DNA of 40,522 nucleotides from Octopus bimaculoides (lineage: Eukaryota): the NCBI RefSeq assembly GCF_001194135.2, contig NC_068981.1, forward strand, positions 139,116,933-139,157,454, read 5' to 3'. The notes below the pieces were generated by a model. That model had not been told where the DNA came from. It ran no database searches and saw only the letters and a list, made by a program, of their open reading frames with translations. The position numbers were made by a program, and so were the translations under genes. This document shows positions 1-11,357 of this stretch, piece by piece (position 1 is the stretch's first letter; every line of letters begins with the position of its first letter).

Positions 1-30
<30 letters not shown>

Positions 31-34
<4 letters not shown>

Positions 35-219
35 AGATTTCACAAAAAAAAGAACACAAGACGAAGGCAGGTGGTGTAGAAAGCAAACAGATGTATTAGT
101 ATAACACTCGGGAAGTGAAAAAGTCTTTAACGTTTCGATCCTACGCTCTTCCACAGAAAGGAACACAGAAACAAGGAGAGAAACACGGAGAAAAAAAAAG
201 AATGTGTAAGTGGCTAGCG

Positions 220-221
<2 letters not shown>
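31..221 (-). mobile_element. ~190-bp Penelope pLTR-like non-autonomous repeat in (AT)n, copy 1, with degenerate HHR-like motif (125-160)
   Basis: Similar to 19845-20045. The minus strand reads CTTT-CTGTGGA-A-GAGC-GTAG-GATC-GAAACGTT-AAAG. Confidence 0.6.
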
Positions 222-252
<31 letters not shown>

Positions 253-339
253 TATCTTAGCTGCTTTCTCGTATACGAGCAAAGCCATTGCTAGAAAGAA
301 TCATCACTGAAATGTGTCATTGTTGATGAAATGTGAGAT

Positions 340-461
340 CTTTTACAGGACTTAGAAAAACTGAAGGACTGCTGCAATAAGTGTGTGAATCTGAGAGGGG
401 AATATGTTGAATAAAATCATAATTAACTGATCCTCCGGTATTTTCTTTTACCCAAGGTCAG
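340..461 (+). mobile_element. Partial mariner-derived MITE (3' half)
   Basis: Near-identical to 7150-7270. It encodes the mariner C-terminal remnant GLEKLKDCCNKCVNLRGEYVE* and runs into the gap. Confidence 0.7.
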
Positions 462-522
462 NNNNNNNNNNNNNNNNNNNNNNNNNNNNNNNNNNNNNNN
501 NNNNNNNNNNNNNNNNNNNNNN

Positions 523-576
<54 letters not shown>

Positions 577-627
577 CTTTAGGAAGAAAAAAGCACATAG
601 AAATGAAAACGAAAATTTGGAAACAGG

Positions 628-1845
628 AGGATTGAGATTAATATCAAAAACTGAACTCAATCTTAGAACTATGAAAATAGCTATAAATCCGCTAGCCATA
701 CCGATTATAAATCATAGCTAAATCCAGTATAATAAACGGGAGGTTAAATGAGTTGAAAAGTTTAGACTGAACAACTAGGAAACTACTGACTGTATGTAAC
801 GAAACCATGGGCCCAAAGTAGATATTTGTGGTCTGACACAAATAGAAAACTATTATTAATTAATAATAGTCGAACCTGGTAAAACACTTAGAAACAAACT
901 GTGAAAGACTGGTGAATGCAATTAAGAAATACAGAAAAAACAAGAACTTTTCTCTATATAGAAGGAAGCGATAAATTACAAAACAAACACAAACGACATT
1001 AAAACAATAAATTTTAGATAACAACAGAGATGGTTAAGGAGACACAAAGAAAGCAACAACAACACGAAACAGTATTACAAAACATACTAAAGAAGAAATA
1101 CGGAGATAAACTATTCCACGTTAAATTACTCCCCTCAAGGCTCGAGAGCGACGAAATAAGCCAAAATGAAAGTCTCATAAGCCCCGGACTAAAAGCAGTA
1201 ACAGAAGGACTGATTCTCGCCGCGAAAGAACAATGGCTGATTACAGACAATTATAAGAAGAAAATATGGAACCCAACACCAAATGCAAAATGTACAACTA
1301 ACACAATGAAACGGTTGATCACACCATTTCCAGCTGTCCTGTCTTTGCAAATCTAAATATATACAGAGATATGACTGAGGGGATGGTTATATCCACCGGG
1401 CAATATGTGCACACTTCGATGTGAAAACACAATTTATGGTATAAACATGTACTAAGCACAGTACATGGCAACGATCTGACCACAACCATTCATTATAAGC
1501 CTGTTCAAATTGCTTAATAAATCAACGAAAAGTGTCCAGACATCATCACCGAGGACTAGAAAGACAAAGAGATGCATACGGATAGACATGACAATCTCTT
1601 CTACAAAAATATTGCATGAAAAGATTCAGAAAAATTATCAAACTGCGAAGATCTCAAAATCAAAATATTAGAGACGTGGAACATGGAGGTGAAAAGAGTA
1701 CCAATAACTTAATTGGAGCGTATGATAAAAGAATACAGAAAGAAAACACAGAAGCTATATCAGGGTTGAAAACATTATACACTGTTCCAAAATAGCTCTG
1801 GCAGGAACAGCCAGCATTCTGTAGAAGATATCATTAATTTAATAG
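628..1845 (+). pseudogene. Degenerate R4/Dong-like non-LTR retrotransposon 3' region (RT thumb, CCHC knuckle, restriction-like endonuclease)
   Basis: Frameshifted pieces read RLRLISKTELN..IAINPLAIPI, GLKAVTEGLILAAKEQWLITDNYKKKI, NETVDHTISSCP..YIHRAIC, PDII..D..K..CIRIDMTI, WNMEVKRVPI and LAGTASIL. Many stops. Confidence 0.8.
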
Positions 1846-2169
1846 CACAGCTAGAATAGAAAGTCTTCAAAGACAGAACAAACGCTATCCAATTAGCACC
1901 CAATAAAATATAATTGCAGATCAAACATATACTCTACAAAATTAATGCCCACTAAAAATAACAACTCACGTGACACACATCACACATAACTGAAAAACCT
2001 CAGTAACAAAATGAACTGATGTAGCACACAAGCAGGAAGAGTCTTCACTCCCCCATCCTCCATATAAAGAAGACTATTCGATACTGTACAGGAACATAGA
2101 GGTTCATCAAGTGGTGCAGCTGAAACTTGCATGAAACCACAGAAGAGGCAACAACAACCATAATAATGC

Positions 2170-2369
2170 TTTCAAATTTTGGCACAGGGCCAGCAATTTC
2201 GGAGTGGGGTTAAGCTGGACACAGCGACTCCAGTGCTCAACTGGTATTTATTTTATGTAAGCCGAACGTCAACTTCGGCAGAATTTGAACTCAGAATGCG
2301 CAGAGAGACGAAATGCCGCTGAGCACTTTGCCCGACGTGCTAACGATTCTGCCAGCACGCCGCCCTTAC
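2170..2369 (-). mobile_element. tRNA-derived SINE, family B
   Basis: Reverse complement of the GCTGGCAGAATCGTTAGCACG...GAGTTCAAATTC head and TGTGCCAAAATTTGAAA tail seen at 5337-5535. Confidence 0.8.
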
Positions 2370-3298
2370 AATTCTTAATAATTCTTTCTACAAAAGGCAC
2401 AAGGTACTTAATTTATCGACCACTAAATGAGGGAAGGCAANNNNNNNNNNNNNNNNNNNNNNNNNNNNNNNNNNNNNNNNNNNNNNNNNNNNNNNNNNNN
2501 NNNNNNNNNNNNNNNNNNNNNNNNNNNNNNNNNNNNNNNNNNNNNNNNNNNNNNNNNNNNNNNNNNNNNNNNNNNNNNNNNNNNNNNNNNNNNNNNNNNN
2601 NNNNNNNNNNNNNNNNNNNNNNNNNNNNNNNNNNNNNNNNNNNNNNNNNNNNNNNNNNNNNNNNNNNNNNNNNNNNNNNNNNNNNNNNNNNNNNNNNNNN
2701 NNNNNNNNNNNNNNNNNNNNNNNNNNNNNNNNNNNNNNNNNNNNNNNNNNNNNNNNNNNNNNNNNNNNNNNNNNNNNNNNNNNNNNNNNNNNNNNNNNNN
2801 NNNNNNNNNNNNNNNNNNNNNNNNNNNNNNNNNNNNNNNNNNNNNNNNNNNNNNNNNNNNNNNNNNNNNNNNNNNNNNNNNNNNNNNNNNNNNNNNNNNN
2901 NNNNNNNNNNNNNNNNNNNNNNNNNNNNNNNNNNNNNNNNNNNNNNNNNNNNNNNNNNNNNNNNNNNNNNNNNNNNNNNNNNNNNNNNNNNNNNNNNNNN
3001 NNNNNNNNNNNNNNNNNNNNNNNNNNNNNNNNNNNNNNNNNNNNNNNNNNNNNNNNNNNNNNNNNNNNNNNNNNNNNNNNNNNNNNNNNNNNNNNNNNNN
3101 NNNNNNNNNNNNNNNNNNNNNNNNNNNNNNNNNNNNNNNNNNNNNNNNNNNNNNNNNNNNNNNNNNNNNNNNNNNNNNNNNNNNNNNNNNNNNNNNNNNN
3201 NNNNNNNNNNNNNNNNNNNNNNNNNNNNNNNNNNNNNNNNNNNNNNNNNNNTTTTTTTTGCCCGATCCTCTAACGATTTCGGCAGCTCACCACCTTAG

Positions 3299-3430
3299 CA
3301 ACAACAACAACAACAACAACGACGACGACGACGACGACGCAGACGATGATGATGGTGATGATGATGACGATGACGATGACGATGACGATGATGATGATGA
3401 TGATGATGACGATGATGATAGTAATAATAA
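3299..3430. repeat. Compound trinucleotide microsatellite (AAC)n(GAC)n(GAT)n(AAT)n
   Basis: Directly visible. Confidence 0.95.
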
Positions 3431-3744
3431 CAGATCTGGCTCTATCAGTATGACATTGCTTGCTCTTTTGTTGGTATTGAGAAAACGCTAAAGCAATTTA
3501 TTCATACATATTTGATTAGTCTGAAAGTTGATTGAAATATCCTATGAAGGAAGGCTCCGCTGTAATCTGACTATTTTTGCTTTAAACAATGATAATCTAT
3601 TATAGGAAGAACTGAACATCTGATTCACGAAGCTAACAACATAGTATCTTGGCCGGAAATTACAATACGTGTTGTTTCATCATAGTCACAGACTATTCTA
3701 AAGATTGGTATTGGTAGACCTTGGAGAAAGGGCTTTTATTGGCA

Positions 3745-4326
3745 ACAGTGGTGGTGGTGGTGGGGATGTTGGCGATAGTGGTGATGGTGGTGACGTTGGT
3801 GATGATGGCGGCAGTGGTGATGATGTGGTGGTGGTGGTGGTGGTGGTGGTGGTGGTGGTGGTGGTANNNNNNNNNNNNNNNNNNNNNNNNNNNNNNNNNN
3901 NNNNNNNNNNNNNNNNNNNNNNNNNNNNNNNNNNNNNNNNNNNNNNNNNNNNNNNNNNNNNNNNNNNNNNNNNNNNNNNNNNNNNNNNNNNNNNNNNNNN
4001 NNNNNNNNNNNNNNNNNNNNNNNNNNNNNNNNNNNNNNNNNNNNNNNNNNNNNNNNNNNNNNNNNNNNNNNNNNNNNNNNNNNNNNNNNNNNNNNNNNNN
4101 NNNNNNNNNNNNNNNNNNNNNNNNNNNNNNNNNNNNNNNNNNNNNNNNNNNNNNNNNNNNNNNNNNNNNNNNNNNNNNNNNNNNNNNNNNNNNNNNNNNN
4201 NNNNNNNNNNNNNNNNNNNNNNNNNNNNNNNNNNNNNNNNNNNNNNNNNNNNNNNNNNNNNNNNNNNNNNNNNNNNNNNNNNNNNNNGTGTTGTTGATAT
4301 CGTTGCTGATGTTGTTGTTGGTATTT

Positions 4327-4365
<39 letters not shown>

Positions 4366-4366
4366 A
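3745..4366. repeat. (GGT)n / (GTT)n / (AGT)n microsatellites flanking a gap
   Basis: Directly visible; the gap spans 3867-4287. Confidence 0.9.
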
Positions 4367-4371
4367 TAGTG

Positions 4372-4815
4372 GTTCAGAAAAGAAAGAAACAATGGAAAGA
4401 GTGTTCTTCCACCAACGGGTCCAGGAGTTATGTGTGACAGAGAACAAGGCCTTCGTTGATTCCACAAAGGCATTCGATACGGCAAAATGATCAAGTCTGT
4501 GATAAATTCTCAGAAAGTCTCAGGAACAGTTCACACATCTAAGAGAATCTCAAGACACTGGCCCGAGGGCTGTAATGACACAGACGAATTCCATCTCTAC
4601 ACAGCTTGATGTTACACTGGGAGTAAAGCAAGGATGTGTGCTAACACCAATGCTATCTTCACCTTATTTGACAGCGATGCTGAACGGCGAAGTTCGGAAG
4701 TTAATAGAAGGTTTTATACGTACAGAGAAGACTGATGCCAACCTGTTTAAGGTGTTGCCTGTTAAAGCTAAGACCAAGATCACACATGTTTTAATTACAG
4801 AAATTTTGTTTGATG
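4372..4815 (+). pseudogene. RTE-clade LINE reverse transcriptase fragment
   Basis: QELCVTENKAFVDSTKAFDT and GVKQGCVLTPML..TDANLF..AKTKITHVLITEILFD match RTE/BovB RT motifs (FVDLTKAFD, GVKQGCVLAP, ELLFADD). Stops and frameshifts are present. Confidence 0.8.
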
Positions 4816-5336
4816 NNNNNNNNNNNNNNNNNNNNNNNNNNNNNNNNNNNNNNNNNNNNNNNNNNNNNNNNNNNNNNNNNNNNNNNNNNNNNNNNNNNNN
4901 NNNNNNNNNNNNNNNNNNNNNNNNNNNNNNNNNNNNNNNNNNNNNNNNNNNNNNNNNNNNNNNNNNNNNNNNNNNNNNNNNNNNNNNNNNNNNNNNNNNN
5001 NNNNNNNNNNNNNNNNNNNNNNNNNNNNNNNNNNNNNNNNNNNNNNNNNNNNNNNNNNNNNNNNNNNNNNNNNNNNNNNNNNNNNNNNNNNNNNNNNNNN
5101 NNNNNNNNNNNNNNNNNNNNNNNNNNNNNNNNNNNNNNNNNNNNNNNNNNNNNNNNNNNNNNNNNNNNNNNNNNNNNNNNNNNNNNNNNNNNNNNNNNNN
5201 NNNNNNNNNNNNNNNNNNNNNNNNNNNNNNNNNNNNNNNNNNNNNNNNNNNNNNNNNNNNNNNNNNNNNNNNNNNNNNNNNNNNNNNNNNNNNNNNNNNN
5301 NNNNNNNNNNNNNNNNNNNNNNNNNNNNNNNNNNNN

Positions 5337-5535
5337 AGCTGGCAGAATCGTTAGCACGTCGGGTGAAATGCTTAGCGGCGTTTCGTCCGTCTTCACGTCC
5401 TAAGTTCAAATTCCGCTTAGGTCAATAAAATTTGGGGGTCAATAAAATAAGTTCCATTTGAACACTAGGATTCATGTAATCGACTTACCTGCCCCTTTCT
5501 TAAAATTTCTGGCCTTGTGTCACAATTTGAAACCA
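5337..5535 (+). mobile_element. tRNA-derived SINE, family B
   Basis: A-box-like GCTGGCAGAATCG, B-box-like AGTTCAAATTCC, and a tail shared with the other copies. Confidence 0.8.
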
Positions 5536-6029
5536 ATATTAGTAGTAGTAGTGCAGGGAAACGTGTATACAAACATGCTTAATGTCACACTCATAAGAAA
5601 AAAAAAAAAGAAAAAAAACTCATTTGTTTTAATGACAGTTCTTGCTAAAAAAAGCAAGGATGATAACTCTGAGATACAAATTGATTAAAAATATATAAAC
5701 AAGTTATGCTCTGATCGTACATATGTATGATCAGAGCGTTCCATTTGTATCCAACATGCCACTTTGTATGTGCACATATAATCATATCTATTGCATACTT
5801 CTATATATATATGTATATACTTTCTACGCATTTCGATCGAATCCCCTGCCAATTAATACGGGATCTCCTTACGACAATGTAAACTCCATATAATAAAAGT
5901 ATCCTTGGCCTGAATAGTAGCTTGTAGTCTACTACTCGTTCGGATAATTACTACTTCCGAGGGTTCCGCTAGCTATGAAACATATGTAACCCGGGTTTTA
6001 TCCACACCATTCCCTAATTTTTATATGTT

Positions 6030-6063
<34 letters not shown>

Positions 6064-6837
6064 TATATATCTATAAATATATGTATAAATATATAAAAGG
6101 ATAAAGAGAACAATGGTAAAGTTAGAAATATAAAGAAAGAAAGAGAAAGACAGGTATGCATGTACATTATACACATACATATATATATATATTTGTGTGT
6201 GCACTATTCCATTAAAATATTGCCTTGATTTAACACAGGTATGATGCTTTACTAATAACTGGTTCCTGAATTTCTTACCTAACAATTTCTTATATAATCA
6301 TACGCCAACACATTTATGGCTCTGCAGATTTTCTTGTGATTGCTTACAGAGCTATTTAATGACTTTTTAAAATGCAAAATCACAAAAATCACATCATATA
6401 ATGACACACATAACTACTACATACACATATAAACATATATATGAATGTATTATTGCATATATACATACACCCTTGGAATTGAAATTAAAAAAAACGATTG
6501 TAGCTGATGCTATGCATCTTTCAAAAAGAATATTCTAAGGTGTCAGTCTATATGTGCTGCCGTACTAAATTTCTTGTCATTTCTTTTACGAAAAAATCAG
6601 TTGCTACATGGATGAACCTTCAATAGCAAGAGACAGTAATGTGGCACTTTATTTCTTTGAAGATGATTTAAAAACCTACGTTGGTAATATTTACAATGCT
6701 ACAATGGATTTACCAGCAACGTTATAAATTGATATAACAATGGAATTTGTCTGGAGAAATTATCATAAATTATAGCCGACACAGAAAACCTACTTCCCAA
6801 ACCAAGAATCTTTACAGCAATGGCCTCTCTCTTTCTT

Positions 6838-6869
<32 letters not shown>

Positions 6870-7071
6870 TCTCTTTCTCTCTCTCCCTATTTCTTTCTCT
6901 CTCTCCATTTATTTATCTATCTGTCTGTCTCACACAATGACTACTACAAATACCCATGTGTTGTCGAATATATATCATATAAAGTGGTATAAACAAAGAA
7001 AAACCTAACCAAAGTGTACTGTATCATACATAGAATATATGGCAGTTGGAGATATACACTTTCGATCAAGT

Positions 7072-7283
7072 TACGAGGGGGTGCTAAAAGGTTCTTGGCT
7101 TTGAGGGTATCCCAAAAGGCCTGGTTGAAAGCCCAACATTCTGAGTTTTTTTTACAAGGTTAAGAAAAACTGAAGGACCACTGCAATAAGTGTGTGAATC
7201 TGAGAGGGGAATATGTTGGATAAAATCCTAATTAGCTTATCTTCCTGTATTTTCTGTTACCCAAAGCCAGGAACTTTTTAGCA
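7072..7283 (+). mobile_element. Mariner-derived MITE
   Basis: TIRs TACGAGGGGGTGCTAAAAGGTTCTTGGCTTTGAGGGTA / TACCCAAAGCCAGGAACTTTTTAGCA, with an internal mariner C-terminus remnant (..KCVNLRGEYVG*). Confidence 0.75.
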
Positions 7284-7463
7284 TGGGAGGGGGCTAGTCG
7301 ATTACATCGACCCCAGTTTTCCACTGGTACTCATTTTATCGACTCCGAAAGGACGAAAGACAAAGTCAACCACAATGGAATTTGAACTCAGAACGTAAAG
7401 ACAGACGAAATGCCGCTAAGCATTCTGACCGGCGCTCTAACGATTCTGCCAGCTCCCCACCTT
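7284..7463 (-). mobile_element. tRNA-derived SINE, family B
   Basis: Homologous to 5337-5535 in reverse. Confidence 0.8.
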
Positions 7464-7479
7464 TAGAAAGATATTAATA

Positions 7480-7694
7480 TCGATTTCAAATTTTGGTACA
7501 GGGGCAGCAATTTCGGGGGAGAGGTAAGTCGATTACATCGCCCCCAGTGTTCAACTGGTATTTATTTTATCGACCTCGAGAGGATGAAAAGCTAAGTCGA
7601 CTTCGGTGGAATATGAGCTGAGAACGTAAAGACGGACGAAATGACGCTAAGCATTCTTTCCGGCATGCTAGCGACTCTGCCAGCTTGCGGCCTT
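7480..7694 (-). mobile_element. tRNA-derived SINE, family B
   Basis: Homologous to 5337-5535 in reverse. Confidence 0.8.
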
Positions 7695-7711
7695 AAAAAA
7701 TGATACTAAAA

Positions 7712-8047
7712 CTTTAGTAGAAGACACTTACCCATGGATTCACGCAGTGGGAGTGAACTCGGAACCATGTGGATGGGAAGCAAGCTTCTTATTTCTTTAT
7801 TGCCCACAGGGGGCTAAACATAGAGAAGACAAACAAGAACAGACAAAGGAATTAAGTTGATTACATCGACTCTAGTGCATAACTGGTACTTATTTAATCG
7901 ATCCCGAAAGGATGAAAAGCAAAGTCGACCTCAGCGGAATTTGAACTCAGAACGTAACAGCAGACGAAATGCTGCTAAGCATTTCGCCGGGCGTGCTAAC
8001 GTTTCTACCAGCTCGCAAGCTTCTTACCACACAGCTACGCCTGCGTG
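7712..8047 (-). mobile_element. Family A (CORE-like) SINE head split by a nested family B SINE (7792-8014)
   Basis: 12-bp TSD GCAAGCTTCTTA at 7780-7791 and 8015-8026. Removing the insert restores the family A head. Confidence 0.85.
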
Positions 8048-8218
8048 TAAAAAAAAAAGTAGGCAGCAAGCCGCTACAGGGAATCGATCTCTGTGCCTCT
8101 CAAATTTCGACTGAGTTCTCTGTACCATTGAGCACTTACATTCATTTGAATATAAGGAGATACGAGGAGTACTAGTGACCACCCCCAATTAAAAGTTCAA
8201 GGAAATCTATTTATATAT

Positions 8219-8900
8219 ATAATTAATAATATCAGGGTAATAAGAAATATTAGAAATTTCTACTACCAGTGTAAAAAATGGCCTAGCGTGTAAAAAAATT
8301 TAGTCAGTAGACTATATATTATTCATATGAATACAGTGTACATTTAAACACATAAGAGGTATCCGTCATAGGATTCATTGCACGTTAGAAGGAACAGCTA
8401 AAATCCAAACCACTAATAGGGATAAATTTCGAAGGGAATGAAAAATATTTATATGAATAATATATAGTCTATTGACTAAATTTTTTACACGCTAGGCCAT
8501 TGGTAGTAGAAATTTCTAATATTTCTTATTACCCTGATATTATTAATTATTGATAATTTTTTCTGGAAAATTTTCGAATGAAACGCCGGCATTATTTTTA
8601 TTTACTGCCGACAAGGAGCTGCGCTTGCGCGGTAGTTTTGAAAAATTAGAATGTATAAGCATGGGGCTTGTTGGATTGCCTCGTGCTTATATGTTTAATA
8701 ATCTAGGTGTACCTGCTGATGAAGACTTCGCCTAGCAAATTATTTTATTTGCTAAAAAAAGTCTGAAACCATGGTCCAGGAGATAGATGGTAAATGTTTT
8801 TATTTTTCATTCCCTTCGAAATTTATCCCTAATAGTGGTTTGGATTTTAGCTGTTCCTTCTAGCGTGCAAGGAATCCTATGTTTAAATGTACAATGTATT
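8219..8900 (+). mobile_element. Penelope/retrozyme-like non-autonomous element with interleaved inverted repeats and an HHR
   Basis: IR pairs 8219-8328/8451-8550 and 8330-8447/8801-8900, a canonical HHR at 8701-8788, and (TA)n on both flanks. Confidence 0.6.
8701..8788 (+). ncRNA. Type I hammerhead ribozyme, canonical core
   Basis: Stem I CCTG(8712-15)/CAGG(8777-80), extended by ATCTA/TAGAT. Core CTGATGA (8716-22). Stem II AGACTT/AAGTCT plus TAGCAAAT/ATTTGCTA. GAAA at 8765-68, palindromic stem III ACCATGGT, and a GUC triplet with predicted cleavage after 8776. Confidence 0.85.
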
Positions 8901-8936
<36 letters not shown>

Positions 8937-9788
8937 CAGTGTACATACGCACGCACACATAGATATATATGTATGTATGTATGTATATATGTATGGATGC
9001 AAGAAAAACAGCGTTAACCCAACAACTTATCTACATTGGTTTATATGAAATATATTTCTCGCTACGTGAAATTTTGCTTAGAGAATGATAACTGACTCTG
9101 ATAATAACAGCAACACCTACAATATTCAGAAATTTATGAGCAATCGAAGACTGCGTAAGTTTTCTTTTTATTTCATTTGGTCTTTCGGTTTAAATCAAGA
9201 TCTATTTCAGAGATATCAGAAATCCACCTAAACTTAAACTACCTCACAGCTAATCGACTTCGAAAATAGACATTTTTCGTCGTTTGGAACTTGGCAGTCA
9301 CAGACAATAATTGTTATTTGAATCCTTATAATGTTAGCGAACTTTCAAAAGACATTCAAAACCATCCAAAAGACACCATAGACGAGAACGATAAAAATTC
9401 AAACAAATCGCTAACACTATCATACCAACATTACAATCATATTCATTCAGTACACATAAATCTCCACGCAAAACGGATCCAGTGATTATAACCGTAGAAT
9501 ATATATATATATATANNNNNNNNNNGAGAATTTTTCCGAATTCTTTCGGCTATAATTAGATAACTGACCGTTTATGGTCTTAAAAATTATCGATCATATC
9601 CCCAGAGACAACATAACAACAGACGATAACATCGACGGCTGAAAAATAATTTCATATCTGAATACAGATACTATTGTTTGAAAAAAATTATTCAGTCGAT
9701 GCCTGTAGTATATGAGCCAATGAAATTTCTTAACGTAAATCATCCATTCAGGTGCATAGCAACACTAGAACAGAGTCAATGACGGAGC

Positions 9789-9966
9789 CAGTACTGGATT
9801 TAGGCATTAGCTAAACAAGCTACAGGTTAGGGCCTCACAATTTGTAATGAAATAAAATAATTAAAAATTATATGTTTTCAATTTTTGTGAGACTTTCGGT
9901 TTTAATTTCTTTCAAAAAAGCCTTACAAAATATATTTAGGGCCTCACCGTATCTAATCCAGCACTA
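9789..9966. mobile_element. Short MITE-like element
   Basis: Imperfect TIRs CAGTACTGGATTTA / TAATCCAGCACTA and an internal direct repeat TAGGGCCTCAC. Confidence 0.4.
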
Positions 9967-9979
9967 CAAGTTTTTAAGT

Positions 9980-10160
9980 AGTGCTTTGACCTGCAAGAAA
10001 TAGCAGCCAAATCTCTCTCAAATCATGCCCTATAAAATGACAGATTGAATAAAATTGTCCAGAGTACACTATTCCAGCAGAAAGGTCATGGATGGAATGT
10101 CCTCAATTATAGCTTTGTCCGCTGCATTACAGCTGAGTTGGGGATCAAACATCAACTGCT
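9980..10160 (+). mobile_element. Diverged 3' portion of a further SINE-like family
   Basis: Recognised from memory of the AATAGCAGCCAAATCT..TGGAATG..GGGGATCAAACATCAAC tail. There is no second copy in the window. Confidence 0.3.
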
Positions 10161-10619
10161 GCAGAACTAGAAAATATCACTAACATGCCCAACAGAATTG
10201 GATATGTAGATAAGACATGAAGTTAGTAATAAATTCACCGCGAACTAACTACAACATACGTAAAGAACGACAAAAATGCACATTAATGTCACGTTTTGAA
10301 CATTTGAGAAGAAATTAACTCAACAATGTGAAATCAAGAAGGATGCGAGGAACTCTGTTACAAAAGAAAACAAAGAAAGAAAAAAAAATCCAGTAAAAAC
10401 AAAAAACAAAGAAAAAGCGAATAACAAAAACACATGAATTATAAGCTTGTCTCTAACCAATGCACAATGTACCGGACGAAAACAAAACAAAAACATCTTC
10501 TCAGGAATATCTTAAATCCTTTTGGTCGTAGATCTGAAATGGTAAGAAACAATTCATCTATAGCATATAATTGTTGAGTTTAATCTTAAAGGAACACTGT
10601 ACTAACAGCTCCATAAAAC

Positions 10620-11280
10620 ATACATCATAAACTCTGAAACACTCACTGAAACTGTAGTAAAGCTGCATTATTCAAAGGAATCGCAAAAAACATTAATAGT
10701 TGTATACTAGCACTTGATGTTAGTGTTCTACAGAAATTCACTGATATCTTTTACAAAAATAATGTTATATGGTAGAATCTTTAACAAGAAACATCAATGT
10801 AATCCATAATTTCTTTGTTGGCGATATAAACATCGACACTGGAAATATCAACATTGCTGAGAAGCGGCTAGGCTTAATAATAATGTTTTCTAATGATATA
10901 AGGCTGGAATTTAGCCTTGGAAGAAAACTACTTCCTAAAAGAAAAACATTCACGCTAATAGTCTCTGTATCTTTTCTTCTCACAATAAATGATGCGAAAT
11001 ACTTAAGTATTTACCAAACGTATAATATAATGGGATTGAGAAGAAAAGTGACCAAAAATATTACATCAGACTATAAAAACATGGCAGTTGGTGCTAACTT
11101 TCCTCTTACATCAAGACAATAGTTAATATTTCACAGTACTGCAACCAACATTTTAGATATTTTATTAACTATAAAGAAATCTGCTCCGTTGACATTAAAA
11201 CTAACAAGAAGCGCCCATTAAAGTGAAGCGCCTATAAAAACAATCATATCGAAATACGCTGTCTTAGGAAATCAAAGAAA
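10620..11280 (+). pseudogene. Possible highly decayed LINE APE-endonuclease fragment (CR1/L2-like)
   Basis: FFVGDINID (10811-10837) resembles the APE GDFNID motif. The rest is weak. Confidence 0.35.
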
Positions 11281-11357
11281 AGACTTAAGGTCAGTCCAGT
11301 GATCTTTGAGTGTCATATGATATTTTCATCCTGCATCTGATGATAAATAGATGGTTT

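Noticed and set aside
6608-6775. Protein-like short frame MDEPSIARDSNVALYFFEDDLKTYVGNIYNATMDLPATL*
   Set aside because: In-frame stops, no recognisable family and no clear splice sites.
7072-8047. Repeated units that could resemble a CRISPR or regular array
   Set aside because: They are dispersed SINE copies with irregular spacing in eukaryotic DNA.
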